Assembly: GCF_018350175.1 (NCBI RefSeq)
Contig: NC_058369.1
Span: forward strand, 13,392,001-13,456,000
Reading direction: 5' to 3'
Source: Felis catus
Taxonomy: Eukaryota
DNA length: 64,000 nt
The notes below the pieces were generated by a model that worked only from the letters and a program-made list of their open reading frames with translations, was not told the origin of the DNA and did no database searches. Position numbers and translations under genes: made by a program. Shown one piece after another: positions 46,619 to 60,181 of this stretch; position 1 is the first letter of the stretch; each line of letters begins with the position of its first letter.

Positions 46619-48619
46619 ATAAAATTCACGTGCTTTTATACAAAGTCTTCTGTTTGGGGAACTTGAGTTATTTGCTGTACCTACGGAAGGACGTCAAGTG
46701 CTATCTCACTATAGACTCTAGCTGTCCAGACGTGCCTGGTAGTGTTCCCTTCCTCCCTTCGGAATAAAACGCGTCTGTATTTTAAATCATGTCGACCCTA
46801 AGGTGCTATCTGCAAAGCCTTGGCGAAATACACACGGACATACTGTTACATAAACACAGAAAAGAAGATAAAAGCGGTCAGTCTAGGCTGGGAGATGTCA
46901 CAGCTGTCAAAGCCGCACACCCAGACGCTGCCTCCGTTTCCCCATCTGTGCAGTGACATAATAACCTCCTTGGGATTCTCTCCCTCCCTCTCGCTGTCTC
47001 TGCCCCTCCCCCCGCTCACACGCGCTCCCTCTCTCTCTCAGGATAAACAAAAATAAAATAAAATAAAAATAAATCCTAGATTGGATTTGGCGTCCTTTGC
47101 CCTGTCTGCTGTACGTGTTTGCTTTATGCTGACGTAAATCGACACAACGGGAGGACCGCGATTCCCACCGCTGTCCAAGTGCCTGAGTTGTTCGTCTACA
47201 CGGCAGGCTTCCTCGCAGGGTGCGGGCCAACCCAGCGAGGCGGCGTTCAGCAGCACCGCCTCAGCCATGCCCAGTGCGCAGCCGCCCCTTGACAAGGTCC
47301 ACTCGTGGTCCTGCTTTTCTAGAACAATCTTGGGGGTGCTGAGGAGCCCAGGCCGGTGCCTTGAGACCCCGGAGCCCCTGGGGTCACCAGGAGGTTGGAT
47401 TCAGGGTGACCAATGGGGGAGCTGGGGTGGGAGGCTTTGGGACCCAGCAACGTGGCTCCCAGGATGAGGGGAGGGGGTTAACGGGTGGGGCAAGGCAGCC
47501 AGGCCCAGGTTGGGCTCAGCGTGTATAACTTGGGCCCCTTTCAAAGTCCAGCCCGTCAACCGTTCCCCGGAGGTTCGACAGCGTGGCTCATCCCACTCAG
47601 ACTGGAGGCCCAGAGGTAGATGCAGGAGACGGGGGAGGTGAGACAGGGGACCCAGTCCACCTGTGAGAGAGACAGACAGATGGGGGAGAGACGGGGAGAG
47701 AGGGTCTCAAGGGTGATTTTGATTTTGGAGCTGGGCTCATCCCGTAAGACCCATCTCGAGCCTCGGATGAGAAGCATGACCCTGGGATTAGCAGGAACCT
47801 CATAAGGTCGAGGGGGAAGGAGTGTCACGGAACGGAGGTCAGTGCCTCCTGGGTCACTGTGCGTCCGGGGACGGGCCCATGGGTCACTGTGCATTCTTGA
47901 CTTCAGGGCATGTTTGAAATTTTCCATAACACAAGGCATTTTTAAATGATCTCTGGAAAAAATAAATAAATACATAACATGACCTCTGGGCTCCTGGGTC
48001 TGATCCCAGGCCTGATGTCCAGGATCGAGGGAAATCTCAGCTCTTCCTGGAGCAAAGCCCAGTGGCGCCAGAGTGGGGGATGTCTAGAAAACTCCGAGAA
48101 TGCCCCAAGCCTGAGACAGAGGCGCCAGGCCGCCTCAAGAAGGCGGCTGGGAATTCTGCCGCTGGCATCCCCCTGCCATTCCGGAAATATGTGATGTGCA
48201 CCCCCACACCTGCCAGCTCCGAGGCTGGAGAGACCAGAGCAGTGACTCCTTCATCCCTGGGGAGGCACTTGCAATATAAGGAGTGACCGCCCTTCCATGG
48301 GCTGCCTTCCTGGGAGACGCTGGGGGGAAGGCCGGACAGGGGAGAGGTGGGGAGTGAGAGGTGACAGCCTGAGTTTTAGGGGACCTGGGGATCTCATCTC
48401 ATTCCCTGAGACTGGGGGAACGGGGCTGGCCTTATGACTGATGTCGCTGAGGAAGCGGGCTGGAATCCAAATGACCAGATCTGGAGAAACCCATCATTTC
48501 ACCAGGAAAAATCTCTGAACCATGACCTCCACCAAGAGTGGGAACAGAGGACGGATAGCTTAAAATGAACTTGTCGTGCACCCCAAGACCCATGAGGGCA
48601 GATGCCGGCCATGTGAAAA

Positions 48620-49410
48620 TCGGTCCACCCAAAAACAAACAAAGAAACAAAACAGCTCGGTGGTATCGGGAATATGATAGAGGAAGGAATGATCTGGTGA
48701 AACAGATCAAGTGGAGGCCTCCCTACATTGGAAAGAGAAATAAATGAAATAAATGGGGCTCTCGACCCTTCAGGGAAACAGAAATGGCTCTCTTAAGAGA
48801 TCCTAAAGAAGCAACAGGGAAGGTGGATGTACCATATTCATGGATGGGGAGGCTGAGGCTTAAAAGATGCAGATTCTCCCCATTGGAGGGTCTGTTTTGT
48901 CCCCCCCCCCCTTCTGAAGTTTTAACACAACCCCATCCAAAGTCACAACACGGGCTTTCCCTCAGGAGCATGATAAGGTGACACAAAAATTCACCGGGAA
49001 GAGCAGAGGGTTGCAAATAGAATACTTATACAGAAGAACAGGGCGGTGTTACCTGTCCTACCAGCTATGGGGACCCATGACAAAGCTTGTAATTAAGTCA
49101 GAGGGATACTGGCACAGGCAGGGACACGTTGACCAATGGATTGGAATTAAATGCCCACGGTCACCCTATGGAGGTCAGGAATTGGCTCCAAGATAGACAG
49201 GATCTATCTCAGCAGCGGGGAGGGGAGAGTATTGTCTAAAAGAATCTGTAAAGTGAGAGTCTATGTTGAAAACAATTCAGGCAGTTCTTTCTGCCCACGG
49301 GTCCTGTCCCCATGCTCTAATAAAACCAGTTACCTTTTCTGTACCAAAAAAAAAAAAAAGCCCAAACAATCCAGTTGGGTCCCTTTGTCACATCACACAC
49401 AAAACTCAGT
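48620..49410 (+). mobile_element. Degraded L1 ORF2 fragment
   Basis: L1-like text (ccatattcatggat; tactggcacagg..gaccaatgga; catcacacacaaaa). Confidence 0.6.
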
Positions 49411-49939
49411 CTCCCGCTCCAGTCTCCGTTTCCATCTCACATGGCCTTCTCTTCTGTCTCAGCTCCTCCCCTCCTTTCTCTTATCTTCCAAGGACATTTG
49501 GCATTGGATTTAGGGCCCACCCTAAACCAGAATGATCCTATCTCAAGATCTTTACCTTAATGACATCCACAGAGACCCTATTCCAAATAAGGCCACATTC
49601 ACAGGTTCCAGGTGGCCCCGTCTTTTGGAGGACACCAGGCAGATCGCTTCGGGGGACCCTTGGTCTTAAGCTCATATCAGAACACAGTGAACATCCATTA
49701 GCCTGGGGTCCACAAGGCCATGTACCTGTTGCTTCCAATCCTTGCTCGCCTCGATGTCCCCAGCTTCCGGCAAGGGCTTGGCCCACAGCAGATTGGAGAG
49801 GATTCCAGAGCGGTGAAGCGAATAGATTCAGGCTCCCGACAGCCAGGGTTGAAGTCCTAGCCCCTCAGGGCAGCAACCTGATCTCTCTGTGCCTCAGTTG
49901 CCCATAAAGTAGAGCTGATAATGATCTTCTTGGACAATG

Positions 49940-50750
49940 CTGGGTTGTGCCCCCCCCCCTCACAAAAAAGAGATGTCTACCCACAACCTGAGAATGTGAC
50001 CTTAAAGGGTGTGAAAGCAAAGCCACAGGCCCGAGATAGTGTCCCTTAGGCCAAAAGGGGGCTTAATACCTAACCTAATTGCAAATGCAACCTCCCTGAG
50101 AATGTAAGTCTTAACCAGTCAGCCAGGAATTTTCTTTCTTTCTTGTTCTTTAATTTTTTTTAATTATTTATTTTGGGGAGAGAGAGTGCGTGCGAGGGAG
50201 GGTCAGAGAGAGAGGGAGACACAGAATCGGAAGCAGGCTCCAGGCTCTGGGCCATCCCAGAGTCTGACGCGGGGCTCGAACTCACGGACCCGCAAGATAG
50301 TGACCTGAGCTGAAGTCGGACGTTTGAGCGACTGAACCGCCCAGGCGCCCCGTGTCTGGCTTGATAAAGGCAATTAGGTCTTCTACTCGGTCCAATTTTT
50401 GTTCTTTAACAAGGGTCACTGCAAACATAATGAGCTTTGGATCTGGAGACAAGAGCTTCGGGGACTCGGGTTAAGGGACAAAGAAGAAGACAGAGACAAA
50501 GGGCACGTGCACGTGGACATAGAGGCAGACATCGGGGTGATGCAGCCACAAGCCAAGGAACCCCACGGGCTGCCGGCGACCACGGGAAGCCAGGAGACAG
50601 GCCTGGGTTGGGCGCTCCCTCTGAGCCCCCAGGAGGAGCCCACCTCGCCACCACTTGGGTTCCAGGCCTCCGGCCCCCTGGACTGTGTGAGAACAAGTTG
50701 TTTGAAATGTGGCAGGTTCACGGTCATCTGCTCCAGCCCCGGGAAGCTCA
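49940..50750. mobile_element. MLT1-like LTR interrupted by an ERV-LTR fragment and a CanSINE (50134-50351, -)
   Basis: gaatgtgacctt...gcagccacaagccaaggaa..ggactgtgtgagaa. Confidence 0.6.
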
Positions 50751-52109
50751 GACTTTGCCTTACAGCGTTGTTGAGGGTGATGGGATGAACTGATACCTGG
50801 TACACAGCCTTTTAAACAGCAAGCACTTAATATATGCTCGGCAGGAGAATAAAATGTGCTAATTCAGCAAAGCATGAAGTCATTGTTGACGATTGAATGA
50901 GTGATCAAAGCTCGGTGGGGATGAGGGCTCCGTGCACTCCCAGGCCCCTGGCTCCCCCACACGGTCCCCAGACCCCTGACCTCCCCTCTGCCCAGGGTTG
51001 CCCTGCCTCCCCTGAGCAGACAGGTTGATCAGCCCCGAGCAGCCGAGCAGCCAGTGGGGCAGCAAACCTCCCCAGGCTTCAGGCGGTTGGAGGCAGACGC
51101 TATTTGCAAATCTGCAAATCGAGCAAATCGAAACTGGGACTGAGGCTTTGGCCACCCACTTGTGAAACCAGCCGCTGCTGTTTCCTCCCTGTCAGAAAGT
51201 CCCCCAGTGAGGGGACATGGGGAGGGGCAAGGGGAGTGGAGGAGGGCTGACTGTGTTCCCAGGGGGCCTTGGGAAGTAACGGCACCTTTTTGCTTCGGTT
51301 TACCCATCTGCGACTGGGTGGGGGCAGGGGAGGGATCTGCGGGCTCCTGGTTGGAGACGTGGGAGTCGGGGACGCTGGGTAAGTGACTTCACCCCTCTGA
51401 GCCTCAGTTTCCCCATGTGCGAACTGGTGAGACACACACAGCCGCTCTTTCCTTTGGGAGACATGACTCCAATCCGATCACCTGCCTTGACTGCTCTGAA
51501 GGTGACGACCAACCCCCTCCCTGTGGCCCCAAAGGCCCCATGAGTCCCACCTTGCTGCCCTCCCCACATGACCTCCCCACACCACCTCCTCAGGAAGAAA
51601 CAAATGCATTCCTATCTCAGGGCTTCGGTCTCTAAGCCGCCCCTTCCAGAAGGTGCTCATCTGAAAAACTCTCTCTCTGCCACATCTGGCCAAGTGTCCT
51701 ACTCCATTCATTCCATCCACCTCCCTCCCTGCCCCCAGGCCATAAATCCCACCAAGGGATATGTCCCCATCGTCCTCAGCCCTGTCCCCAGCCCCTAGCC
51801 CAGGCCCTAGCACAGAGTAAGCGCCTGGTAAATGGCTCTCATTAAGAACGTGATTAAGCACGCTGATTAAGCACGTTGGCTTGACATTGCTGTGAACAAA
51901 GCACAGACTCCTGATGGCAAGAGAAACAGAGGGGCATGTGGGCGGACCTCCGAGCTGAGACCTGAAGGAGGTGACGGAGACATATGGGTGTCTTGGGGGA
52001 GACTGTCGCGGGCAGAGGCACGGCCTGTGCAAAGGCCCTGGGGCAGGAGAGTGCCTGCCGTGGAGGAGTTTCCCCGAGGCCCAATGTGGCCAGAGTGGAG
52101 TGAGAGGTG

Positions 52110-52548
52110 TGTTAGAGTCAGCAGTTCGTTAGGCTTTAACAGGATGTCTGAAGCCCAGCAAAGTGTGAGTCACGGTCAGTTATGGGGAAAGTCAGAGGTC
52201 TGTCCTGGCAGCCCGCCAAAACAAAGCCACAAAAAGCCGGATCAAACCAGACAGGCCCAAGACAACAACAACAACAACAACAACAACAAAAGTGCAAAGC
52301 CCTGCTCCCCCCAAAATCCCCTCCCCAAGAAATAAATATTCCACCCCCTCGTTAACAACTGTCAATAAAGGCTAGAGACCCGAACCCCAGGCCTAGCAGC
52401 TCTTCCTTGCCCGCTCTCACCTCTCAAGAGCGTACGCTCGCTTGAATTACACGTTCCTTCTTGAACCACTCAGCCGTTATGCCTGGTCTGTCCTCGAATT
52501 CTTTCTCGCAAAGGAGACCAAGAGCCTCTGGCAGCATCCCGGGGTGCA
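52110..52548 (+). mobile_element. Solo ERV1-type LTR inserted in an L2 relic
   Basis: TG...CA ends, AATAAA-like motifs, U5-like 'tcgaattctttctcgc', near-TSD ggtg/gctg; internal (AAC)n. Confidence 0.6.
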
Positions 52549-54500
52549 GCTGGATGGAGGCCGCAGGACCCGGGGTTCTCCCCAGCCTCCCTGCCAACAG
52601 TTGGAAGGAAGTGGGGACCGCAAGGCCAGCAGGGTCCTGGGGCTATGACAAGGCCTTTGGCTCTTACCCCACGGAAGGTGGGAGCCATAGAGGGTTCTGG
52701 AGAAAGGCAGGGCGAGTCTGACCCTGGCCACGTGGAGGGAAGGTTCTATGGGGGCTGAGAGCAGAAGCACGGAGACCAGGGAGGCAGTGCCTTGCTGGTT
52801 ACAGGGACAGATTCTGCTGGGGTTGGACCAGAACCTGGGGAGAAAGGGTCGGGCTTAGGAGCAGTTTTGCGGGAGAATGGAGAAGAGGGTGGGCCTGTTT
52901 GAGCCCATCTCACAGGGAGGTAAACTGGGGATCTGGGAGCAGAGGGATGTAGGTAAAGGAGAGGCTGAAAGGGAAAGAGGGAAGTTAAGAGGTGGCCAGG
53001 GTCTGGGACGGAGATTCGGGGCCTCCCCAGACTCACCAGGGCTGGTACAGACACCATGCTTCCATCTCTGATTTCCTCTAGAATTTCAATCTTGTCAGAG
53101 GGAAGAGGCTCACCTCTTCCGGTTGACGATAGGCCCGACCCAGCTTCCCACAGGCTCATCTACTCCCCTCAGCAGCTCCGAGACCAGGGTACCATCTTTC
53201 ACAGAAGGGGAAACAGAGGCGCAGACAGATGAACCCGTCACGCAGGTTGATGAGTGGCAGAGGAGGGGTTTCGAACCCAGGACGTCAGGCTCCAGACCCC
53301 GTTGTTGGGATGGCGCTCTGCCTGGGGGAGGGGGTGGCGTCATCCAATGTCCCACCCTGGAACGTATTATTTAGTACCCGGCTTCAGATGGGGTTTTTGT
53401 GGTTGTGGGATTGTTCATTCATTCCTAGCCACCTTCAGGTTCCTGCCTTGTGCAGGTGAAGTCCAAGGCCCCAGCTTGGGAAGGTCTAGGCCTGACACAG
53501 ATACTCCCAGTTCCATAGAGTCTAGGCCGGGAGGAGTTACCCGGAGCTGGGGGTCCCCAAGGGCCTGGGGGCTTCCTGAAGAAGGGACCCTCAGCCTGAG
53601 ACTCCCTTCCTGCACCCCCCCCCCACAGTTCCGATGAAAGGCAGGGAGCTCGGGGCCAATGGGGGCACTTCCTGGGTGGAGGTTCCACCTCAGACCCTGC
53701 TTCTAGCCGCCCCCCCCCCCAGCTCCTGGCTGGCACCAGGCCACCTCCAGTGCCACCGCGACATGACTTGGGCCACCCACCAGACCACAGTCACTGGGAA
53801 ACCAGCTGCGGGAGGTGAGGGTGTCGCTGTCCAGCCTGCCCGGGGTGGGGGGTGGGGTGGGGGGAACCATTTACAGCGACTATTTATGGGGCAGGCCCAG
53901 GGGACCGCAGGCTGGAGGACAGCCTGAGAGCCACAGAGCCTGGTGGCTGGACCAGAATGACCAGTCATGCCACTGGGGGTTGGAGGCCCTGGATGAGACT
54001 CCTCATGATACAGGCTTCAGTTTCCCCATCTAAAAAAGTCAGGGGAGGGGAGTGGTGGATGTCGGGCTGCTGGGTTTCCTAGGTTTGAGAGGGATTCTGA
54101 CGCGGTTTGGGTCTCCTGGGCAGCAAGAGAGAGCCCCAGGCTTCCTGGAGCGGGGGGGCCCCCCCGAGGCCACAGTGAGGACAGATGGTGGGGGAGATTA
54201 GGATCTGGGCTCGGGAGAGCCTCTTAGACGGAGGGCTGGCGCTGGGTTAGTGCGGGAGATCCCCAGGCAGGCTTGAGGGAGAGACAGAAGCAGGGAGAGA
54301 CAGGAACGGATCGGGAGAATGTGAGACAGGGAAATGAACCATGAAAGGGAGAGAAATGGGAAAGATTGGGGGGGGGTACGCTCAGGGAGGCACAGGCCCC
54401 CCCACCCTACAAATCCATGGGAAGCTGGGGGCTCAGGACCAGCCCCCTTGTCCACTGGGCCAGAGGAGCCCCTGGGTGGGGCATTAATCTGTGTGCTGTT

Positions 54501-54671
54501 TTAAATTATTATTAAATATAATTTATTGTCAAATTGGTTTCCATGCAACACCCAGCGCTCCTCCCGACAGGTGCCCTCCTCAATGCCCCTCACCCACCCT
54601 CTCCTCCCTCCCACCCCCCATCGACCCTCAGTTTATTCTCAGTGTTTAAGAGTCTTTCATGGTTTGCCTCC
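54501..54671 (-). mobile_element. 5'-truncated young carnivore/felid L1 3' end with TSD ttaatct(ct)gtgtgctgtt
   Basis: L1_Fc-like 3' UTR, AT tail, direct repeats at 54484 and 54672. Confidence 0.8.
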
Positions 54672-54724
54672 TTAATCTCTGTGTGCTGTTGAGCAAACCA
54701 TGACTTTAATATTAGGGTGGATGA

Positions 54725-54945
54725 GGGGCACCTGGGTGGCTCGGTCGGTTAAGCGTCCAGCTCTTGATTTTGGCTCATGATCTCGCGGTTTCGTGAGTTC
54801 GAGTCCCGCTCCGGGCCCTGTGCTGACAGCTCAGAGCCTGGGGCCTGTTTCAGATTCTGTGTCCCCCTTTCTCTCTCCGCCCCACCCCTGCTTGTGCTCT
54901 GTCTCTCTCTGACTTTCAAAAATGAAGAAACATTCTTAAAAAATG
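54725..54945 (+). mobile_element. CanSINE
   Basis: SINE consensus. Confidence 0.88.
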
Positions 54946-55929
54946 GTTTTTTTAAAAGATTTTCTCTCTCTGCCCCTCCCCCCCCAAAGTAAATAAATAA
55001 ACAAACTTGAACAAATAAACACACTTTAAAAAAACATACCGTTGTGGATGATGTCAGCGACAGCTTCACTCTGCTCGCTCTCCACTCTCACAACCCCGAG
55101 GGAGGACTAACTACCCCCATTTCACCGATGGAGAAACTGAGGCTCAGAGAGCACCTCCCCTCCCCCCCGTCAGGCTGCACAGCTAGGCTGGGAGCAGAGC
55201 CGGGACAGCCCGGGTGCGGTACGTGAGACGTTTGTCGGTTGCCTGGGTGACCCCACCCTCACCCCCCACCCCCCCACCCCCCCACCCCCCCACCCTCACC
55301 CCCCCCCTCACCCCCCACCCCCCCCCCCCCCCCCCCACCCCCGCCCAGCCCCCAACCCCAAGGCACATCTGCCCACCGCCCCCTTCCCCCACCAGCCCTC
55401 CCGGAGTGTTTTTCTTCCCTCCTCCTGGGTGTTTTGGTTTCGGCCGGCCGCGTAACAGGCGGTTCCCGCCGGCAGGGTCAGCCCAGGGCTGGCGGGGAGC
55501 CAGGAGCAGCGCCAGGCCCAGGGTGGGGAGGACTCAGAGAGAGATCACCGCCCTTGCCCCCCCAAGGGGGTCAGCCAGTTCCGTTTTCCTCTCCCCCTGT
55601 CCCCACCCCCCCCAAACCCATGTCCCGCTGGCTCCACCTGGACAGCGGGGCCCAGCGTGGTCGCGGCCCCCATCTGTGGCCACGGGGGCCCCCTCGCTGG
55701 ATGCGGGCGGGTGGCTCCGGGCGGGGTTTCCCGCGTCCTTGCCAAGGTTCCGTGCGCTCTGTTCGTTATTAAACATTGATGGAGGCTGCAGGGTGCGGGC
55801 CCAAGAGGCCTCCCAGTTGGGGGAACGAGGGCAGGGCGCAGACGCCCCAACCCCAGTGGGGTGGGGGGTGTTCCGGCCAGGACCCGAGGGAGGGGCTGGG
55901 GGCAGGAGGATGGGACAAGTGCCTGGAAG

Positions 55930-57740
55930 ACCCAGAGAATTCTTAGCCATGACACCTGATCACAAGCAACCAAAGGAATACGTAAATTGGTCTCCATCAA
56001 ATTAAAAACAACAACAACAAAAATTGACCAAGGTCATTCCTAAGAAAGTTGAAAAGGCAGGGGCGCCTGGGTGGCTCAGTCGGTTAAGCATCCGACTTTG
56101 GCTCAGGTCATGATCTTGCGGTTTGTGAGTTCCAGCCCCGTGTTGACAGCCTGGAGCCTGCTTCAGGTTCTGTGTCCCCCCCCCCCCCCCCCCCCCAGCT
56201 TGTGCTCTGTCTCTCTCTCTGTCTTTCAAAACTGAATAAACATTAAAAAAAGTTCTAAAGGGGCGCCTGGGTGGCGCAGTCGGTTAAGCGTCCGACTTCA
56301 GCCAGGTCACGATCTCGCGGTCCGGGAGTTCGAGCCCCGCGTCGGGCTCTGGGCTGATGGCTCGGAGCCTGGAGCCTGTTTCCGATGCTGTGTCTCCCTC
56401 TCTCTCTGCCCCTCCCCCGTTCATGCTCTGTCTCTCTCTGTCCCAAAAATAAATTTAAAAAGTTGAAAAAAAAATTAAAAAAAAAAAAAGTTCTAAAAAG
56501 AAAGTTGAAAAGGCAACCCACAGAATGGAAGGAGAATTATCTGCAAATCTTGTATCTGACAAGGGATCGATATCTAGAATATAGGAAGCACTCTTACAAC
56601 TCAGAAGGAAACAGACCAATAGCCGGAGTAAAAAATAAGGAAAGGAGGGACTTAATGTGACAGCCTGTCAACATTTGAAGATATTGGTACTTGATATCCT
56701 GTTAAGGAAAACGTGCCTCCGAATTTTAAGCTGGAGGGGGTCACTGGAACAACTTTTCGAAGAGAATCACAACCACGTGATTTTTTTAGATTTTCAGTAC
56801 ATACTAAGAATTGTGTACAAACTGAATTGTCTGTACTGACCCTCAGAACAACCAATGAAAACTCCATGATGAAAAAAAATATGGAAAGCATTCAAATAGA
56901 TGTTTNNNNNNNNNNNNNNNNNNNNNNNNNNNNNNNNNNNNNNNNNNNNNNNNNNNNNNNNNNNNNNNNNNNNNNNNNNNNNNNNNNNNNNNNNNNNNNN
57001 NNNNNNNNNNNNNNNNNNNNNNNNNNNNNNNNNNNNNNNNNNNNNNNNNNNNNNNNNNNNNNNNNNNNCACGGGGATAACGTCCATGCGATGGAATATTA
57101 CTCAGCCATCGTAAAGGAATGGAGTTCGGACACACGCTACAACACGGATGAAGCTCTGAGACATTTATGCTGAGTTTCTTTCGCTGAAGAACACACACGG
57201 GAGGCCACGCGTCGTATGATCCCGTTTATATGAAATGTCCAGGGGCGCCTGGGTGGCGCAGTCGGTTAAGCGTCCGACTTCAGCCAGGTCACCATCTCGC
57301 GGTCCGTGAGTTCGAGCCCCGCATCAGGCTCTGGGCTGATGGCTCGGAGCCTGGAGCCTGTTTCCGATGCTGCGTCTCCCTCTCTCTCTGCCCCTCCCCC
57401 GTTCATGCTCTGTCTCTCTCTGTCCCAAAAATAAATAAAAACATTGAAAAAAAATTAAAAACTTTGAAATGTCCAAAGAGACAGATCCATAGAGAGACAG
57501 AGAGCAGATTGGCGGGAAGACAGAGAGCCGGGGGGGGGGGGGGGGGTGCTGGGGGAGGGCGGGGGAGGGGAGGAGGAGTGACCGCTCATGGGCACAAGGT
57601 TTCCTTTGGAGGTGATGGAAATGTTCTGGAATTAGACAAAGGTGACAATCGCGCAGTATTGCGAAGGCACCAAGCACCACGGAATTAATTGTTCGTTTTA
57701 CAAGGGTGATCTGTATGGTGTGTGGACATCTCTTAAAAAA
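55930..57740 (+). mobile_element. L1M 3' fragment carrying nested CanSINEs (56060-56251, 56260-56490, 57242-57460)
   Basis: L1 text (aggcaacccacagaatgg; tggaatattactcagcc; ggtgatggaaatgttctgg) and TSDs around each SINE. Confidence 0.8.
56906..57068. other. Assembly gap (N)
   Basis: Run of N. Confidence 1.
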
Positions 57741-59866
57741 AAACACTGACAAACAAAAAAAGGAGGAAGGAACAAAGGCACACAGCTGGGGGAAGGGCCA
57801 AGGGCCTGGCGTCTGCAGGGTGAGGGCGGTTAAGCGCGAGCGGCCTGGCCACGGCTGTCCTGCGTCATCCCTACGGCCCAGGGTCCTCGGGGGCCGCTGA
57901 TAACCTCAGCCCCATCCTGGCTCAAGGGAGGAGACAGAGAGACAACATCTCTTCCTGACCAAGCGCAGAGGCCCCTGGAGAGAAACGGAGGAGGGAGGGA
58001 TCTGGGGAGGTAAACTGAGGCAGCCTATCTCCCTGATGGAGACATGCTTCCAGACTCGAGGCGGAAGCCATGATGAAAGGGAGTCAGATCAAGAGAGACA
58101 GAGACAGAGGAGAGGGAGCGAGAGGGGGCCAAGGGCTCTGGAGAGGCCACCTTATCCATTTTCCAGACCAGGACGCTGAGGCCAGCAAGGCTGAGTTGTC
58201 TGTTCCTCTGAACAGTAGCAGGACTCACGCATCAGGTCTCAACCATCCTGCTCCAGGACACCAACCCCCAGCCTGAGAATAAAACCCATAGGCCCCAGGA
58301 AGCAGTAACCTCTATCCCCACCCCCCCCCCACGCCCCCACGCCCCCATCAACCACGCCTGCCTCAGGGCCTTTGCTCTCTCCCTTATGCTGGCCTCTCTT
58401 CACCACTTGACCCTGGTTATCACTGCTTCCAGGAAGCCCTCCCTTACCCACTGTTCACACTTTCACTAGTCGCCGTCACTGTGTCGGGTTTATTATAAGT
58501 CCCTGCGTGACGATCACGTGACCATCTGCCTTCCCCACCGCGCCAGAAGCCCCTCGTGACAGAACCAATTCTGACCTGCGCAGGATAGGGCTTGGCACAC
58601 AGTAGGTGCTCAACGCGGACTTCGCAAATCAACGGATGAATACAGATGTGAAACGGGGTCTACTACAGTCCTGACTGTCAGAGCTGCTGGGAGGAGCTGA
58701 GGGCTGGACATTCAGAGGACCCCGGAATAACGAGTACACACTGGGCACTCAATAAACACCGGGCTGGGGCTCTGCTAAGCAGGGTGGTCCAACCCAGTGA
58801 GGTAGGGACCCCAAACCAGTGCTCTGAACCCCCTCCTATTATACACACAGGCAAACAGGAACCCAGAGAGGCACCTCCTAGAGGTCACTTCCTAGCAGCA
58901 GAAACAACTCAAAGTACAAAAAGGGAACTCAAAGTCAACAAAAAGGGAACCTGATGGAGGAAAAAAAAAAAAAAAAAATCCCAAGGTGGTGGGCTTCAGG
59001 CATGGCTGGATCCAGAGACAAGGGAGCCATCTCACTGGGCTGCTGTCCTCCCTGAAAGCTTCTCTCCCAAGGCAGTTTCAGCCTTCCCCATTCCCCCCCC
59101 CCCACTCCTGTGGAAGCAGGGTGTCCACTCTCCCCATTCTACAGCAAGAACATTCCAGATGGTGCTCAATAAATGTCCAACTCCTACTCCTTGGACCCAG
59201 GGAGGCTGTGCCTCGGTATGGGTTTGTTACCTCCTGGGGCCACCAAACAGGGTGGGTCCAGGACTGGGGCAGCCCCTATGGGGGCGTTTAGTTACCTGGA
59301 GGCTTCACTGTGAGGGGTAGGGGTGGGTATCGGGTTCTGGGCTTGAGAAGGTAGCTTTGAGCTGCGGCCCAGGTCCCTCTGGTCTTTTTTATGAGGCCGC
59401 TGACCCGGCATCCCTTGCTGTCTGCCCACTTGGTCTTGCCACCAAGGAAGGAGGAGCACTGATTCGCAAGGGAAGGCATGCCTGGATGGGAGGTGGCACA
59501 TCCACGGGAGGGAGCATGCGCACAACGGTGAACCGTCTCTCGCCGCTGGAGCACGGGGTGGGGGTGGGGGTGGGGGCAAGGCTTCTGTTCTGTCTAGATG
59601 CATAGATGGAAAACCGGGGCGCCCCCCAGGGGGCGGGGCCTGAGCCTCTCCCCTGCCCGGGGCGTTATGGAGCCAGACCTTTCTGCCCCAGAAGTTTCCT
59701 GTCCTTTTGCCACAAAATCCAGGGGTTCTGGGTTCTAATCTCCTCCCCTTCCCCCTCCCCGCCCTCCCTTAAAACCGTTAAAGTCTGTTTTGCAAACTCC
59801 GTGGCAGGGGAGGGGGCGGGGAGGGGGCAGGGGAGGCCCGCGAGGGCCGGGAGACACGGGCTGGTG

Positions 59867-59883
59867 TTGCCACCTGGTGGCCA
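59867..59883 (-). promoter_or_regulatory. CTCF motif (TGGCCACCAGGTGGCA)
   Basis: Consensus match in a GC-rich patch just 3' of IL12RB1. Confidence 0.6.
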
Positions 59884-60181
59884 CGGGGGAATCCGAGACG
59901 ACGGAGGAGCTCGGGTGGGGAGGGACGGAAAGAGGGCAGATTCAGGGTCCGAATGGGGCGTGGGGGGGGGGGGTGGTGCTGCGGAGCGTTGAGGGCGAAG
60001 AGAAAGGAGGAACCCCAAGCGCTGACCCTGGGCGGAGGGCGAATCGACCCCTAAGAGGGGTGGAGCTGGGGGAAGGAACCATGGCTCCTGATTTCAGGGG
60101 ACCCGCTCCCCCTCGGGCTGTCCCTCCCCTTGCCCAGTCCTGATCTGGGAGAGTTCGGAGTGATCATCCAGTTGTGTCTCA

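Noticed and set aside
55214-56005. 263-aa proline-rich ORF
   Set aside because: Produced by the C-rich low-complexity tract
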